From Prorocentrum cordatum (taxonomy: Eukaryota), in assembly GCA_963575745.1 (NCBI GenBank), contig CAUYUJ010000226.1, positions 186,001-250,000 of the forward strand: a stretch of DNA of 64,000 nucleotides, read 5' to 3'. How positions within the stretch are numbered: the stretch's first letter is position 1; the number at the start of each line of letters is the position of its first letter. Both the position numbers and the translations under genes were made by a program. Shown here piece by piece: positions 12,406-20,320 of this stretch. The notes under the pieces were generated by a model. The model saw nothing but the letters and a program-made list of their open reading frames with translations, ran no database searches and was not told where the DNA came from.

Positions 12406-14589
12406 ATGGGTGGGCCTTCGCGGGGCCGGGGTACGCCTCCGCACACAGTCTGCACCGACGCTGTTGCGGCTGCTAGGCGCGTTTGGGCTCAGCGAGGGCG
12501 TGAGGGTAGGAATGCGCTCTTCCAGCGATGCTGTTGCGGCCCCGCAGGGAGGAGTACGTTCCGCCACCACGCCCTTCGCTCTGCTCCGAACCGCTTCTCG
12601 GATCCCTTCGGCCATTTTGGCCGACGCCTGCCTCAGTCGAGCGCGCCCTCCAGGGGGCCTGCAGCTCCTGAGGTTGGTGTCCCTGCTGGTGCCTGTTCTC
12701 CTTCAAGCACCCCTGCTGCTCTTGCCAAAGTCGCGCCATTCGTCGCTGAATTGTCTGCCTTGCTGCGCCTGTTTCCAGGCGCGAACATTGATATCACCCA
12801 CTGGGCGGCAGCGCTGTCCCAGGTTGGGATGGGTGCTCGATGTTCTCTTGGATCTTTCTCCCGCTCATCTATGCGTGCAATGGACCGGGACGACCCGTGC
12901 CTTTTGGGGCCGCCTCCCCGCGATCCTTGGCCGTGCCCGCCTGATCCACCTCTTGGTCCCCCGCCTGACGGCTTGTCGGCGAGGCGCAGGGAGCGCTGGA
13001 GATTGCGGCGCGCGGCGCGGACGCTCGCGCAGTATTCAGTTATTGCGTTGAATTGGCTCACCTTGGGTCATCCTAGCCTCGCTCCCGCCGAGGCTCGCGT
13101 CCGCGCCACGGTCTCGCCCTGCCAGGAGGGCGTCCGCACCCGTATCGAACGGTTGTGTCGGATCGCAGTTCGCCTCGCCCGTGGCGGCAAGTGCGACTTA
13201 GGTCGAGCCTTCGCCAAGTTCGACTCCACTGAGGTCTCGCTCCATGGCCTGGCCACCCATGTTGCAGCTTTGGAGGCCTCCTTCACTTCCTCTTCTTCCG
13301 TACCCGCCCCCATGCGGCACTGCCTGACCAGCGCTCCTTCTGTGCCTGGTTCGTTGGCGGCTGCGGCGGCTTGGGACTCCACCCAGGCCGAGCCCTTCGA
13401 TTTGAAAGTCAGGGCGTCTCGCATCAAGTGGGTTTATTCGCCAGAGTTTGATCCCGTTCCCTTCCTCTCCGACGCTCGAGTCCGCGAAGCTTTCATCGAT
13501 CCAGAGGTGATGCGGCTACCGGCATCAGAGTGGCCTGCTGGCCAGAAGGGAGCGCGCGTCCATATGGACCGCGCCGAGCTGTGGGCCCTACTCCAGAAGT
13601 GGGATGCCTGTGGCGCCCTGTACCTGACTCCTGCTTCGGACCTCGCCTGGGATGAAGCCTGTGGAGCCTTCAGGGTACCGAAGGACAGCGATTTCGACAG
13701 GCTGATCCTGAACCCCACGGTCGTGAACAGCCGCTGTGCTTCAATTTCGTCCAGCACCCAGCGCCTCGGCCAAGGTTTCCTGCTGTGCCGTTTGGGGCTG
13801 GCACCTGGGGAATGGCTGGCAGTTTCTTGTGACGACCTTCGGGAATTTTACTACACGTTCCGCGTCCCTCCCGCGCGTGCCAGACGTAACGCCCTGCGCG
13901 TTCGCCTGCCATCCTCTCGTTTCAAGGCATTTCGAGCCTGGCGCCCCGAGCTGGAGGGTGTGGATGTCGCGCCCTGCCTCAATGCTCTGGCGATGGGCGA
14001 CAACATGGCTGTGGAGATTGCCAACTCTGCGCATGAAGGCGTCTTGCACAGCTTCGGGGCTTTGCGGCCTCACGAGCAGGTTGTCCACCGCTCGCCCTTC
14101 CCGCGGGGCCCGTTTGTCGAGATGCTGAATATTGATGACCACACAGGTTTTCAGAAGCTCTCGTGGCGTGGCTCCGCTCCTCGCCCCGACGACCCGTGTC
14201 GCCGTGATCGTGAGGTCTTTGCCGCCTGCGATGCGGGCTACCCGCGCGTGGGCCTGATACAGCATCCAGGCAAGCGCGCGCGCGGCGAAACGCACAAGGT
14301 GGTGGTGGGCGCCGAGGTGGAGGGGCGCATAGGCATCGTCTGCGCTCCTCGTGTGCGGACGGTGGCCTTGTGCAGACTGACCCTGATCCAAATCTACCTC
14401 GGGATCACCACCCGCTCCCTGCTAGCCTCTCTTGTGGGCTGCTGGGTCCAGGTCTTCCTCTATCGCCGCCCGATGCTCGCCATCTTTACGCACGTCTACA
14501 ACTTCTTGTCGCGCCTGGCGACGAGGACGGCATCGAATACGACTTGCCCCCTTATGTTCGCGACGAGCTTCTGGCCTGCACCTTTTTAG
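12406..14589 (+). CDS. Reverse transcriptase (DIRS-type); continues into RNase H across a frame break at ~14500-14530
   Basis: Motifs GAFRVPKDSDFDRLILNP (~13660-13715), SCDDLREFYYTF (DD at 13831), LAMGDNMAV (~13987), MLNIDD (NIDD at 14128-14139), and thumb-region LVGCWVQVFLYRRPMLAIF. ATG 12406 is the first in-frame ATG after the ORF1 stop. Confidence 0.9.
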   Translation: MGGPSRGRGTPPHTVCTDAVAAARRVWAQRGREGRNALFQRCCCGPAGRSTFRHHALRSAPNRFSDPFGHFGRRLPQSSAPSRGPAAPEVGVPAGACSPSSTPAALAKVAPFVAELSALLRLFPGANIDITHWAAALSQVGMGARCSLGSFSRSSMRAMDRDDPCLLGPPPRDPWPCPPDPPLGPPPDGLSARRRERWRLRRAARTLAQYSVIALNWLTLGHPSLAPAEARVRATVSPCQEGVRTRIERLCRIAVRLARGGKCDLGRAFAKFDSTEVSLHGLATHVAALEASFTSSSSVPAPMRHCLTSAPSVPGSLAAAAAWDSTQAEPFDLKVRASRIKWVYSPEFDPVPFLSDARVREAFIDPEVMRLPASEWPAGQKGARVHMDRAELWALLQKWDACGALYLTPASDLAWDEACGAFRVPKDSDFDRLILNPTVVNSRCASISSSTQRLGQGFLLCRLGLAPGEWLAVSCDDLREFYYTFRVPPARARRNALRVRLPSSRFKAFRAWRPELEGVDVAPCLNALAMGDNMAVEIANSAHEGVLHSFGALRPHEQVVHRSPFPRGPFVEMLNIDDHTGFQKLSWRGSAPRPDDPCRRDREVFAACDAGYPRVGLIQHPGKRARGETHKVVVGAEVEGRIGIVCAPRVRTVALCRLTLIQIYLGITTRSLLASLVGCWVQVFLYRRPMLAIFTHVYNFLSRLATRTASNTTCPLMFATSFWPAPF
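12505..12554 (+). repeat. Internal 50-bp direct repeat, copy 1
   Basis: ggtaggaatgcgctcttccagcgatgctgttgcggccccgcagggaggag, 49/50 identical to 17741-17790. Confidence 0.9.
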
Positions 14590-17500
14590 CCTTTACGGCT
14601 ATAACCGACCTTCGGGCGCAGCCTTGCCCCGAGGTGTTCGGTACGGACGCGTCTCTCGGCTGGGGGGGCGTTGTCCGCGCTCCTATCAGCCCGCAGCTCT
14701 CCGCCGAGCTGTGGCGCAGATCGGAGCACGGGGGGTGGCACGCGATCTTGCACAATCGGAGCCTCCTCGCCGTACTCAGCCGCGGCGTGCCCTTGGGCCC
14801 TGAGCTCACCCAACTGCATCACGACCTGGGGCTCCCGTCTATTGAGCCCCCCGTCGCGCCGCGTTGGGTCACCGAGCTATCAGAGGCGCTGCGCTTTCGG
14901 CTCGCGTACAAATGGGAGTTTCGCATGCCTCGTCACATCAAAATCCTTGAGACCACAGTGTATAAGAGTCTGTGCAAATACTGTTGTGTTCGCCTCCCTG
15001 ACTCTCGTATCCCCGTTCTCCTGGATTCAAAAGTGGCTTTGGGCGCGACCGCGCACGGGCGCAGCAGCTCTCCTGGTCTATCTCTTGTTCTCTCGACCAC
15101 TTTGCCCTATGTGATAGGAGGAGGTTTATATATGGGAGGCATGTACGTGCCCACGGACGTGCATAGGGCCGACGATCCCACGCGCAACCGCGCGGTGAGG
15201 CCCCCGTCCCGTGACCCTCCCGCCTGGTTAGTGGAAGCCGAGAGAGGAGAATTTACGCGCTTTGATTGCATCGCGTACGCCGACTCTCGCTCGCCATTCC
15301 CTACCTGTCTCTGGGGCCGATTTGTTGCGCAGCTTGTGGCTCGAGGCCCCGAGGGGTTGCTCAGCCACCGTTGGGCGGCCGCCCCCCCCCTCTCGGTGGG
15401 CGCGGGGATGGCCGCCGACGCCGCCGGCGACGGCGCCCAGGGCGAAGCCCTCGACCCCTCGGGCGCCGCCGAGAGCAGCTGCGAAGCTGCTCTCGCCAGC
15501 GGAGAGCGTCGCGGGCCTCGCAACGCGCTCTTCGCTGACAGCGACCGGCCTCTCACATCCACAGCAGACGCCACGCCCAAAGCGTCTGCGTCCTCGGAGG
15601 GCGGCTCGCACGGCCCCGACCCTGCCGCCGCCAGCGCTGGTTCGGCTCCCCCGGCCGCCAAGCGTGCCCCGCCTCTGGCCCTCCGCTCCAAGGCCGCGGC
15701 GGCCCCTCCGCCTGCGATCGGGGGGGGCTCGTCGCGCGTCGGCTCACGGGAAGCGCCAAAGGGGGCCACGGCTGCTACCCCCCGCATCTTCCAGCGAGCG
15801 GCCAGGGTGAGCGCCTCTCGCCAACTGCTTGGCGTCGTGGACGGGGCCTCGCGCAGCACCATCGAAGCCGCCTTCAGGCGCCAGTCCCTAGTCTACCATC
15901 CAGACAGGACTCCTGCGCACTTGGGGGCCGATGAGCGAGCAGCCCGCGCGCTCAACTGGAAGCAGCTCTGTGACGCCAAGTCAGTGTTGCTCCAGGCCCT
16001 CTCGCAGGCCGCCGCGCCGCCCGCTGGTCCTAGCACGGGCGGTGACGGTCCTGCCGCTCGCGCCTACGCCCAGGCAAAAGCGGCAGGGAAGGGCGCCCGC
16101 AAGGGCAAGCTGGCTCCTGGGTCGACCATGGCCCTTCAGGCGCTCGAAGAAGCGGTCTCTTCGCGGGTCGCCCTGGCGAGTGCCGAGCTGGCCCCTCGGG
16201 CTGCCCTCCCCGCCTCGGGCGCGCCTCTCCCAAGGAGCGGGGTTTCGTCTGCCCTCGCGACGCGGGCGGCTGAGTCTGATGCCATCCTCGCCTCCGCCGT
16301 GTCGCGCGGCCGCGTGGAGCTCGACGCACTCCGCACCGCGCGTGCCGACGCCACCAGGCGCACGGTGCAGGCTCCTGCACGCGGCGAAGGCGAGCGTGCC
16401 GTCGCTCGTGCCGAGCTCGCGGAAGGGATGGCCGATCGCGCCTACTTCCGACGCTTGCGCGAGGCCGCCAGTCGTGAGGCCGCGGGCTTGCCGCGTACGG
16501 CTCCCGTCCAGCTGGGTCGGGATTGGCGCAAAACTCTGCGCGCCGTCCTGCACAACGCTGAGGTCTCGACGGGCCTCGCCAACGCGGATCGTGCCGCTCG
16601 TGCTGGGGACGCCCCCGCGTCGTCCACTGGGCGCTCCCTGGCCGAGGTGGAAGCTGTGGACCCGCGCGCCTTGGCGAGACCTGCCGACGACCCAGCGTCC
16701 AGCTTCAGCCGTCGTGAGGGGCGCGCGGTCCGCGCCCGCCTGGGCCCGCGGGACGAAGCTGTCGAGGACCAGCCCAATCGCGGGGGTCACGCGCCGCACT
16801 CCGCCTCGCGCACGGGCGCCACGCGCAACAGGCGCGCCAAGAAGCAGCGGCGAGCTTCGACGGCGGCGCTCCCCGCCCCTGAGGGGGGGGCCGCCACGAC
16901 GCCGGGCCGCAGGGCGCGTCGCACTGCTAATGCGCGCCGCTGGGCAGGCGCGGCACGCCCCAGCTCCGCCGCGGGAGTGGGCCCTCCATCGCGGAGCCGC
17001 AGCCCTGCCCGCAGCCGCACGCGGTCTCCGAACCCGTACGGGACTGATCACACCTCTCCCTCGGGAGGCTGCTCCTCGCCTCCCATCGACGGCTCGATCT
17101 CGCCTGAGGAGCCTTCGGGGCCGCCGGCGGGGGAGGCATCGGAGGGCCCGCACACTCCTGACGGGTCTCCGCCCGCGAGCGCCCGCAGCCGCTCGAAAGC
17201 GGAGCCCGCGTGCGAGGAGGACTCTCCGACGGAGCTCGAGGACGTCGTGCTGAGTGCCCTCGCTGACTCCTCGGTGGACCTCGAGCGCGTCGTGGCGGGC
17301 CTGAACCCCGAGGTCCTCCTCCGCTTGCAGGCGGCCTTCCCTCGCCGCGCGGAGGCCTCTCCGCCCGCCGCTCACGCCGCGGCTCGCAGCCGCTCTCGGG
17401 GCCGCGGCACGCGTGCAGGCTCCGAGACGCCGCGGCCCGTCCCCCCGCCGCCGCCACCACCCCGTCACCACTCTGGTGGGCGTGCGGCGTCGCGATCCCG

Positions 17501-19904
17501 CGGGTCGGCCGCCGGCCAGGGGCTTAGTCGAGCGAACGCGCGCGACTCCTCTCGTGCGCCTTCGCGTCAGGCGACGTCGCCTGGGCGTCGCGAGGTGCGC
17601 TCCCCTCGAGTCGCTCCGAAGCGTCGCCCGAGCCCCGCCACTTCGCAGCAGCCAGCCACGCCCCGCCATGGTGCGAGCTCGGACGTCGCCTTCGCAGGCA
17701 GCTCCCGCGCGGACTCCGCTGCTCAGGCCCCTCCGACTTCGGTAGGCATGCGCTCTTCCAGCGATGCTGTTGCGGCCCCGCAGGGAGGAGGGCGTGCCGC
17801 CGAGGAAGGGGGGTCTTCGAGTGGCTTCGCGCTTGGCCGAGCTTCAGAGCCCGAGCTGCATCTCAGCGGCTCTCACAGCGGTGACGCTGGAAGCGCCGCG
17901 GCTGCAGCCTTCGCAGCGCGGCGCGCGGCCTCTGCGGCCGCTGAGCAGCCCTTGCCTCCAGGGGCCGCCAGCGCCCTAGCGTGGCGCCTCAATATCGGCG
18001 ATGAGAAGATCACTGTGGTGAGGTGGGGACCCGCCTGGCAAGCTGCCTTCCAGAGCGCGGCGTCGTGGCTGAGGTCTTTCGCACCCGCAGGGGCCGCCGA
18101 GCCCGAGGGCAAGGATGACTTGCACTGCCTCCTGCGGGCCTTGCACGCCTACAAGCGCCTGTTTCAGACAGGCGGCGCCGAGCCGATCGACGAGGCCTCG
18201 TGGTTGCATCCTTACGTGGCCGTCGTCGAGCCCGAGGCTATCCCCGCGCATGCTGACCTCCAAGCCATGGGGGCGGGCGCCATCCGTGGCATCGGGCTCG
18301 GCTCAAAGATCGAGCAGCGGCGGCGCGCGGGCAAATTGGCCTGCCTTTTCGACCTTCTGTACCATGTGCAGGACAGTCACGGCGCCATCCCAGCAGCGCT
18401 GTGGGGATCCCACTCCCCTCCGTCCGAGATCCTCGACGCCTTCGCGGAGGTGGTGCCCGTTCCACATCATTCGGGCTTCACGTCCTCGGCAGCTCGTTCC
18501 GAGCTCGCCGAAGCAGCCGCGGCTGCGCGTGCCGAGCCGCGCCCGCCTTTTGACTGGGCGACCCTCGAGGGAGGGGGCGCTCTGCCAGCCGAGATCGAAG
18601 CAGGGGCTCGCCGCGCCTACCGTAACATGGGCGGATCCTTCAGCTCGGCGCGGGCGATGCTGGCGGAGGCGTCGGGGTTCGAGACCTACGGGCGGGACGC
18701 CCTCGTTCCGCCCTTCTACGCGTCCAGGCGCAGGAGGGCCGCCACGCTGATCAGCTCTCCAAGCCCTGGCCGCCCTGCGCTCATCCTGTGGTGCGTCTGC
18801 GGCCTCTGCATCTCTCTGGGAGCCGCGGCGCCGACCGCAGGTCAAGGGCTTAGTCGGGCTGCGCCGTCCGCGCCCGCTCGCCCTCCGCGCACTCCCTTCG
18901 TGCGCGATTCTCACCTCACCTCCGCGTATCTCGACCGTCGCTCGAGATCGATTGATGCCTTCGAGCTGTGGTTAGCAGAACACACTGGCGTGCCACCCGC
19001 CACACTTTACCGAAGCGGGATACTTCTCGCCCGTTTCCTCGCGACCTTCGGCGTGTGGCTTCATGATGCAGGTTTCCCTCATTATATTTTGGTCCATGCC
19101 ATCTTGGGAATCCAAAGCGCCCATCCGCATTGGAAGGCCTTTCTGACAGAAGCTTGGGACGTAGCGAAACAATGGAAGCTTGCGGAGCCGCCAAAGCTCC
19201 GTCCCCCCTTGCCACGCGCGCTGCTGCGCGCCATGGTCGGGCTCTGTCTCGCCTGGGACTGGCCGGTGATGGCGGCCCTGCTGCTCATGGGCTTCACGAT
19301 GTTCCTCAGGCCTGGCGAACTGCTGGCGTCACGCCGCTGTGACCTGTCGCTTCCATGCGACCGTCTCGAAGTTGAAGGGGATGCTTTTCTTTCGATTCTT
19401 GTTCCAAAGACCAGAAGAACGTACCCGACGCAACATGCTCGCTGCTCCGATCGGGGCGCGGTGAAGGTATTGAATCAAGTGTTTGGGAGGTTGGCTTCCA
19501 CCGATCCTCTCGCCCCCTTCGGCGCGAGCGGCTTCCGTACTCGGTGGAATCATCTGCTTTTGGCTCTGGGCGTCCCTCTTGCCAAAGCAGGTCAGGGGCT
19601 CAACCTGACGCCCGATTGTCTGCGGGGCTCTGGCGCAACAGACTTCTATATCGCTACGGAAGACGTCCCCCGCGTCTTCTGGCGAGGGCGCTGGCGTCAA
19701 GCTTCCAGTGCCGAGCGCTACCTGCAAGCCGCCGCCGCCTCCACAGTTCTTGCTGCGCTGCCCGAGCACGCACGGGCTCGTATCTTGTTCTTCGCCACCG
19801 CCAGCGACCGCCTTGTCGCTTCGTTCCTCCAAGTCGGCCCCGCCGCTTGGCCTGCCCTGCTTGCGGCCGCCCGCCAAAACCTTGTCACTTCGCAAGGTCC
19901 TTGA
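14370..19904 (+). CDS. RNase H - J-domain - low-complexity linker - unknown domain - tyrosine recombinase polyprotein
   Basis: A single stop-free frame of 1844 codons holds RNase H motifs, an HPD J-domain and the YR catalytic residues. The functional part probably begins at ~14510 as the continuation of RT. Confidence 0.85.
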   Translation: MQTDPDPNLPRDHHPLPASLSCGLLGPGLPLSPPDARHLYARLQLLVAPGDEDGIEYDLPPYVRDELLACTFLAFTAITDLRAQPCPEVFGTDASLGWGGVVRAPISPQLSAELWRRSEHGGWHAILHNRSLLAVLSRGVPLGPELTQLHHDLGLPSIEPPVAPRWVTELSEALRFRLAYKWEFRMPRHIKILETTVYKSLCKYCCVRLPDSRIPVLLDSKVALGATAHGRSSSPGLSLVLSTTLPYVIGGGLYMGGMYVPTDVHRADDPTRNRAVRPPSRDPPAWLVEAERGEFTRFDCIAYADSRSPFPTCLWGRFVAQLVARGPEGLLSHRWAAAPPLSVGAGMAADAAGDGAQGEALDPSGAAESSCEAALASGERRGPRNALFADSDRPLTSTADATPKASASSEGGSHGPDPAAASAGSAPPAAKRAPPLALRSKAAAAPPPAIGGGSSRVGSREAPKGATAATPRIFQRAARVSASRQLLGVVDGASRSTIEAAFRRQSLVYHPDRTPAHLGADERAARALNWKQLCDAKSVLLQALSQAAAPPAGPSTGGDGPAARAYAQAKAAGKGARKGKLAPGSTMALQALEEAVSSRVALASAELAPRAALPASGAPLPRSGVSSALATRAAESDAILASAVSRGRVELDALRTARADATRRTVQAPARGEGERAVARAELAEGMADRAYFRRLREAASREAAGLPRTAPVQLGRDWRKTLRAVLHNAEVSTGLANADRAARAGDAPASSTGRSLAEVEAVDPRALARPADDPASSFSRREGRAVRARLGPRDEAVEDQPNRGGHAPHSASRTGATRNRRAKKQRRASTAALPAPEGGAATTPGRRARRTANARRWAGAARPSSAAGVGPPSRSRSPARSRTRSPNPYGTDHTSPSGGCSSPPIDGSISPEEPSGPPAGEASEGPHTPDGSPPASARSRSKAEPACEEDSPTELEDVVLSALADSSVDLERVVAGLNPEVLLRLQAAFPRRAEASPPAAHAAARSRSRGRGTRAGSETPRPVPPPPPPPRHHSGGRAASRSRGSAAGQGLSRANARDSSRAPSRQATSPGRREVRSPRVAPKRRPSPATSQQPATPRHGASSDVAFAGSSRADSAAQAPPTSVGMRSSSDAVAAPQGGGRAAEEGGSSSGFALGRASEPELHLSGSHSGDAGSAAAAAFAARRAASAAAEQPLPPGAASALAWRLNIGDEKITVVRWGPAWQAAFQSAASWLRSFAPAGAAEPEGKDDLHCLLRALHAYKRLFQTGGAEPIDEASWLHPYVAVVEPEAIPAHADLQAMGAGAIRGIGLGSKIEQRRRAGKLACLFDLLYHVQDSHGAIPAALWGSHSPPSEILDAFAEVVPVPHHSGFTSSAARSELAEAAAAARAEPRPPFDWATLEGGGALPAEIEAGARRAYRNMGGSFSSARAMLAEASGFETYGRDALVPPFYASRRRRAATLISSPSPGRPALILWCVCGLCISLGAAAPTAGQGLSRAAPSAPARPPRTPFVRDSHLTSAYLDRRSRSIDAFELWLAEHTGVPPATLYRSGILLARFLATFGVWLHDAGFPHYILVHAILGIQSAHPHWKAFLTEAWDVAKQWKLAEPPKLRPPLPRALLRAMVGLCLAWDWPVMAALLLMGFTMFLRPGELLASRRCDLSLPCDRLEVEGDAFLSILVPKTRRTYPTQHARCSDRGAVKVLNQVFGRLASTDPLAPFGASGFRTRWNHLLLALGVPLAKAGQGLNLTPDCLRGSGATDFYIATEDVPRVFWRGRWRQASSAERYLQAAAASTVLAALPEHARARILFFATASDRLVASFLQVGPAAWPALLAAARQNLVTSQGP
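14540..15190 (+). other. RNase H domain (DIRS-type)
   Basis: TDAS (14643), HIKILE (14934; cf. HINxLE), LLDS and RADDPTR (15165; cf. NxADxxSR). Confidence 0.88.
15813..15996 (+). other. DnaJ/J-domain embedded in the retrotransposon polyprotein
   Basis: ASRQLLGVVDGASRSTIEAAFRRQSLVYHPDR…ARALNWKQLCDAKSVL matches the J-domain pattern (LGV…IxxAF/YRxxxxxxHPD…AxxxL). HPD is at 15897-15905. Confidence 0.8.
17741..17790 (+). repeat. Internal 50-bp direct repeat, copy 2
   Basis: 49/50 identical to 12505-12554 but read in a different coding frame. Confidence 0.9.
18915..19904 (+). other. Tyrosine recombinase domain
   Basis: FLRPGE (R at 19308), PKT, PDCLRGSGAT (the HxxR box with D in place of H), GRW and ERYLQ (Y at 19719), preceded by a helical core-binding-like region. 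Confidence 0.92.
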
Positions 19905-19915
19905 GCACGGGTATG

Positions 19916-20070
19916 GCTGCCTCGCCGACATCGGCGACCAGACGGACTCCACCGTCTGACGCGCGGCGCCCCGGCTTGAGCGCGCGGGACGGGCCTGCCC
20001 ATTTTGGGCCGCCCCGCGCGCGCACGCCGCGGCCGCGCTCGGAGACAGCTCGCTAGCGCGCGAGCGGGAG
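19916..20070 (+). repeat. Split direct repeat B1 (155 bp)
   Basis: Near-identical to 20162-20320; the two differ only in one short GC-rich patch (net 4 nt). Confidence 0.95.
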
Positions 20071-20072
20071 AA

Positions 20073-20127
20073 TGCTTCTTCTATTCTCTGTGAGCAAGCT
20101 CCTGCTGTCTCCGCAGCTTCTCTGCCC
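20073..20127 (+). repeat. Split direct repeat A2
   Basis: Identical to 9653-9707 and separated from B1 by 'aa'. Confidence 0.95.
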
Positions 20128-20161
20128 CCCTCCCTCCTCTCCCACTCTAAGGCTGACGGGC

Positions 20162-20320
20162 GCTGCCTCGCCGACATCGGCGACCAGACGGACTCCACCG
20201 TCTGACGCGCGGCGCCCCGGCTTGAGCGCGCGGGACGGGCCTGCCCATTTTGGGCCGCACGCCCGCCGCGCGCACGCCGCGGCCGCGCTCGGAGACAGCT
20301 CGCTAGCGCGCGAGCGGGAG
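20162..20320 (+). repeat. Split direct repeat B2 (element 3' end)
   Basis: Copy of 19916-20070, followed by a (CCT)n-rich flank. Confidence 0.95.

Larger units (their letters stand above)
9653..20320 (+). mobile_element. Full-length tyrosine-recombinase (DIRS-order) retrotransposon with split direct repeats, Ngaro/PAT-like
   Basis: Gag-like ORF, RT, RNase H and YR motifs in that order. Termini are arranged A1(9653-9707)...B1(19916-20070)-A2(20073-20127)-B2(20162-20320). No TSD; both flanks are (CCT)n-rich. Confidence 0.92.

Noticed and set aside
15190..18915. DNA methyltransferase domain, as carried by some DIRS/PAT elements
   Set aside because: No FxGxG, PC or DPPY/NPPF-type motifs were seen between RNase H and YR.
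19994..20010. Relic dinoflagellate spliced leader in repeat B (ccattttgg)
   Set aside because: Only 9 nt match the 22-nt leader, the ctcaag end is missing, and a local hairpin explains the sequence.
19916..20320. Hammerhead ribozyme in the structured B repeats
   Set aside because: No CUGANGA plus GAAA core was found (ctgacgc only).
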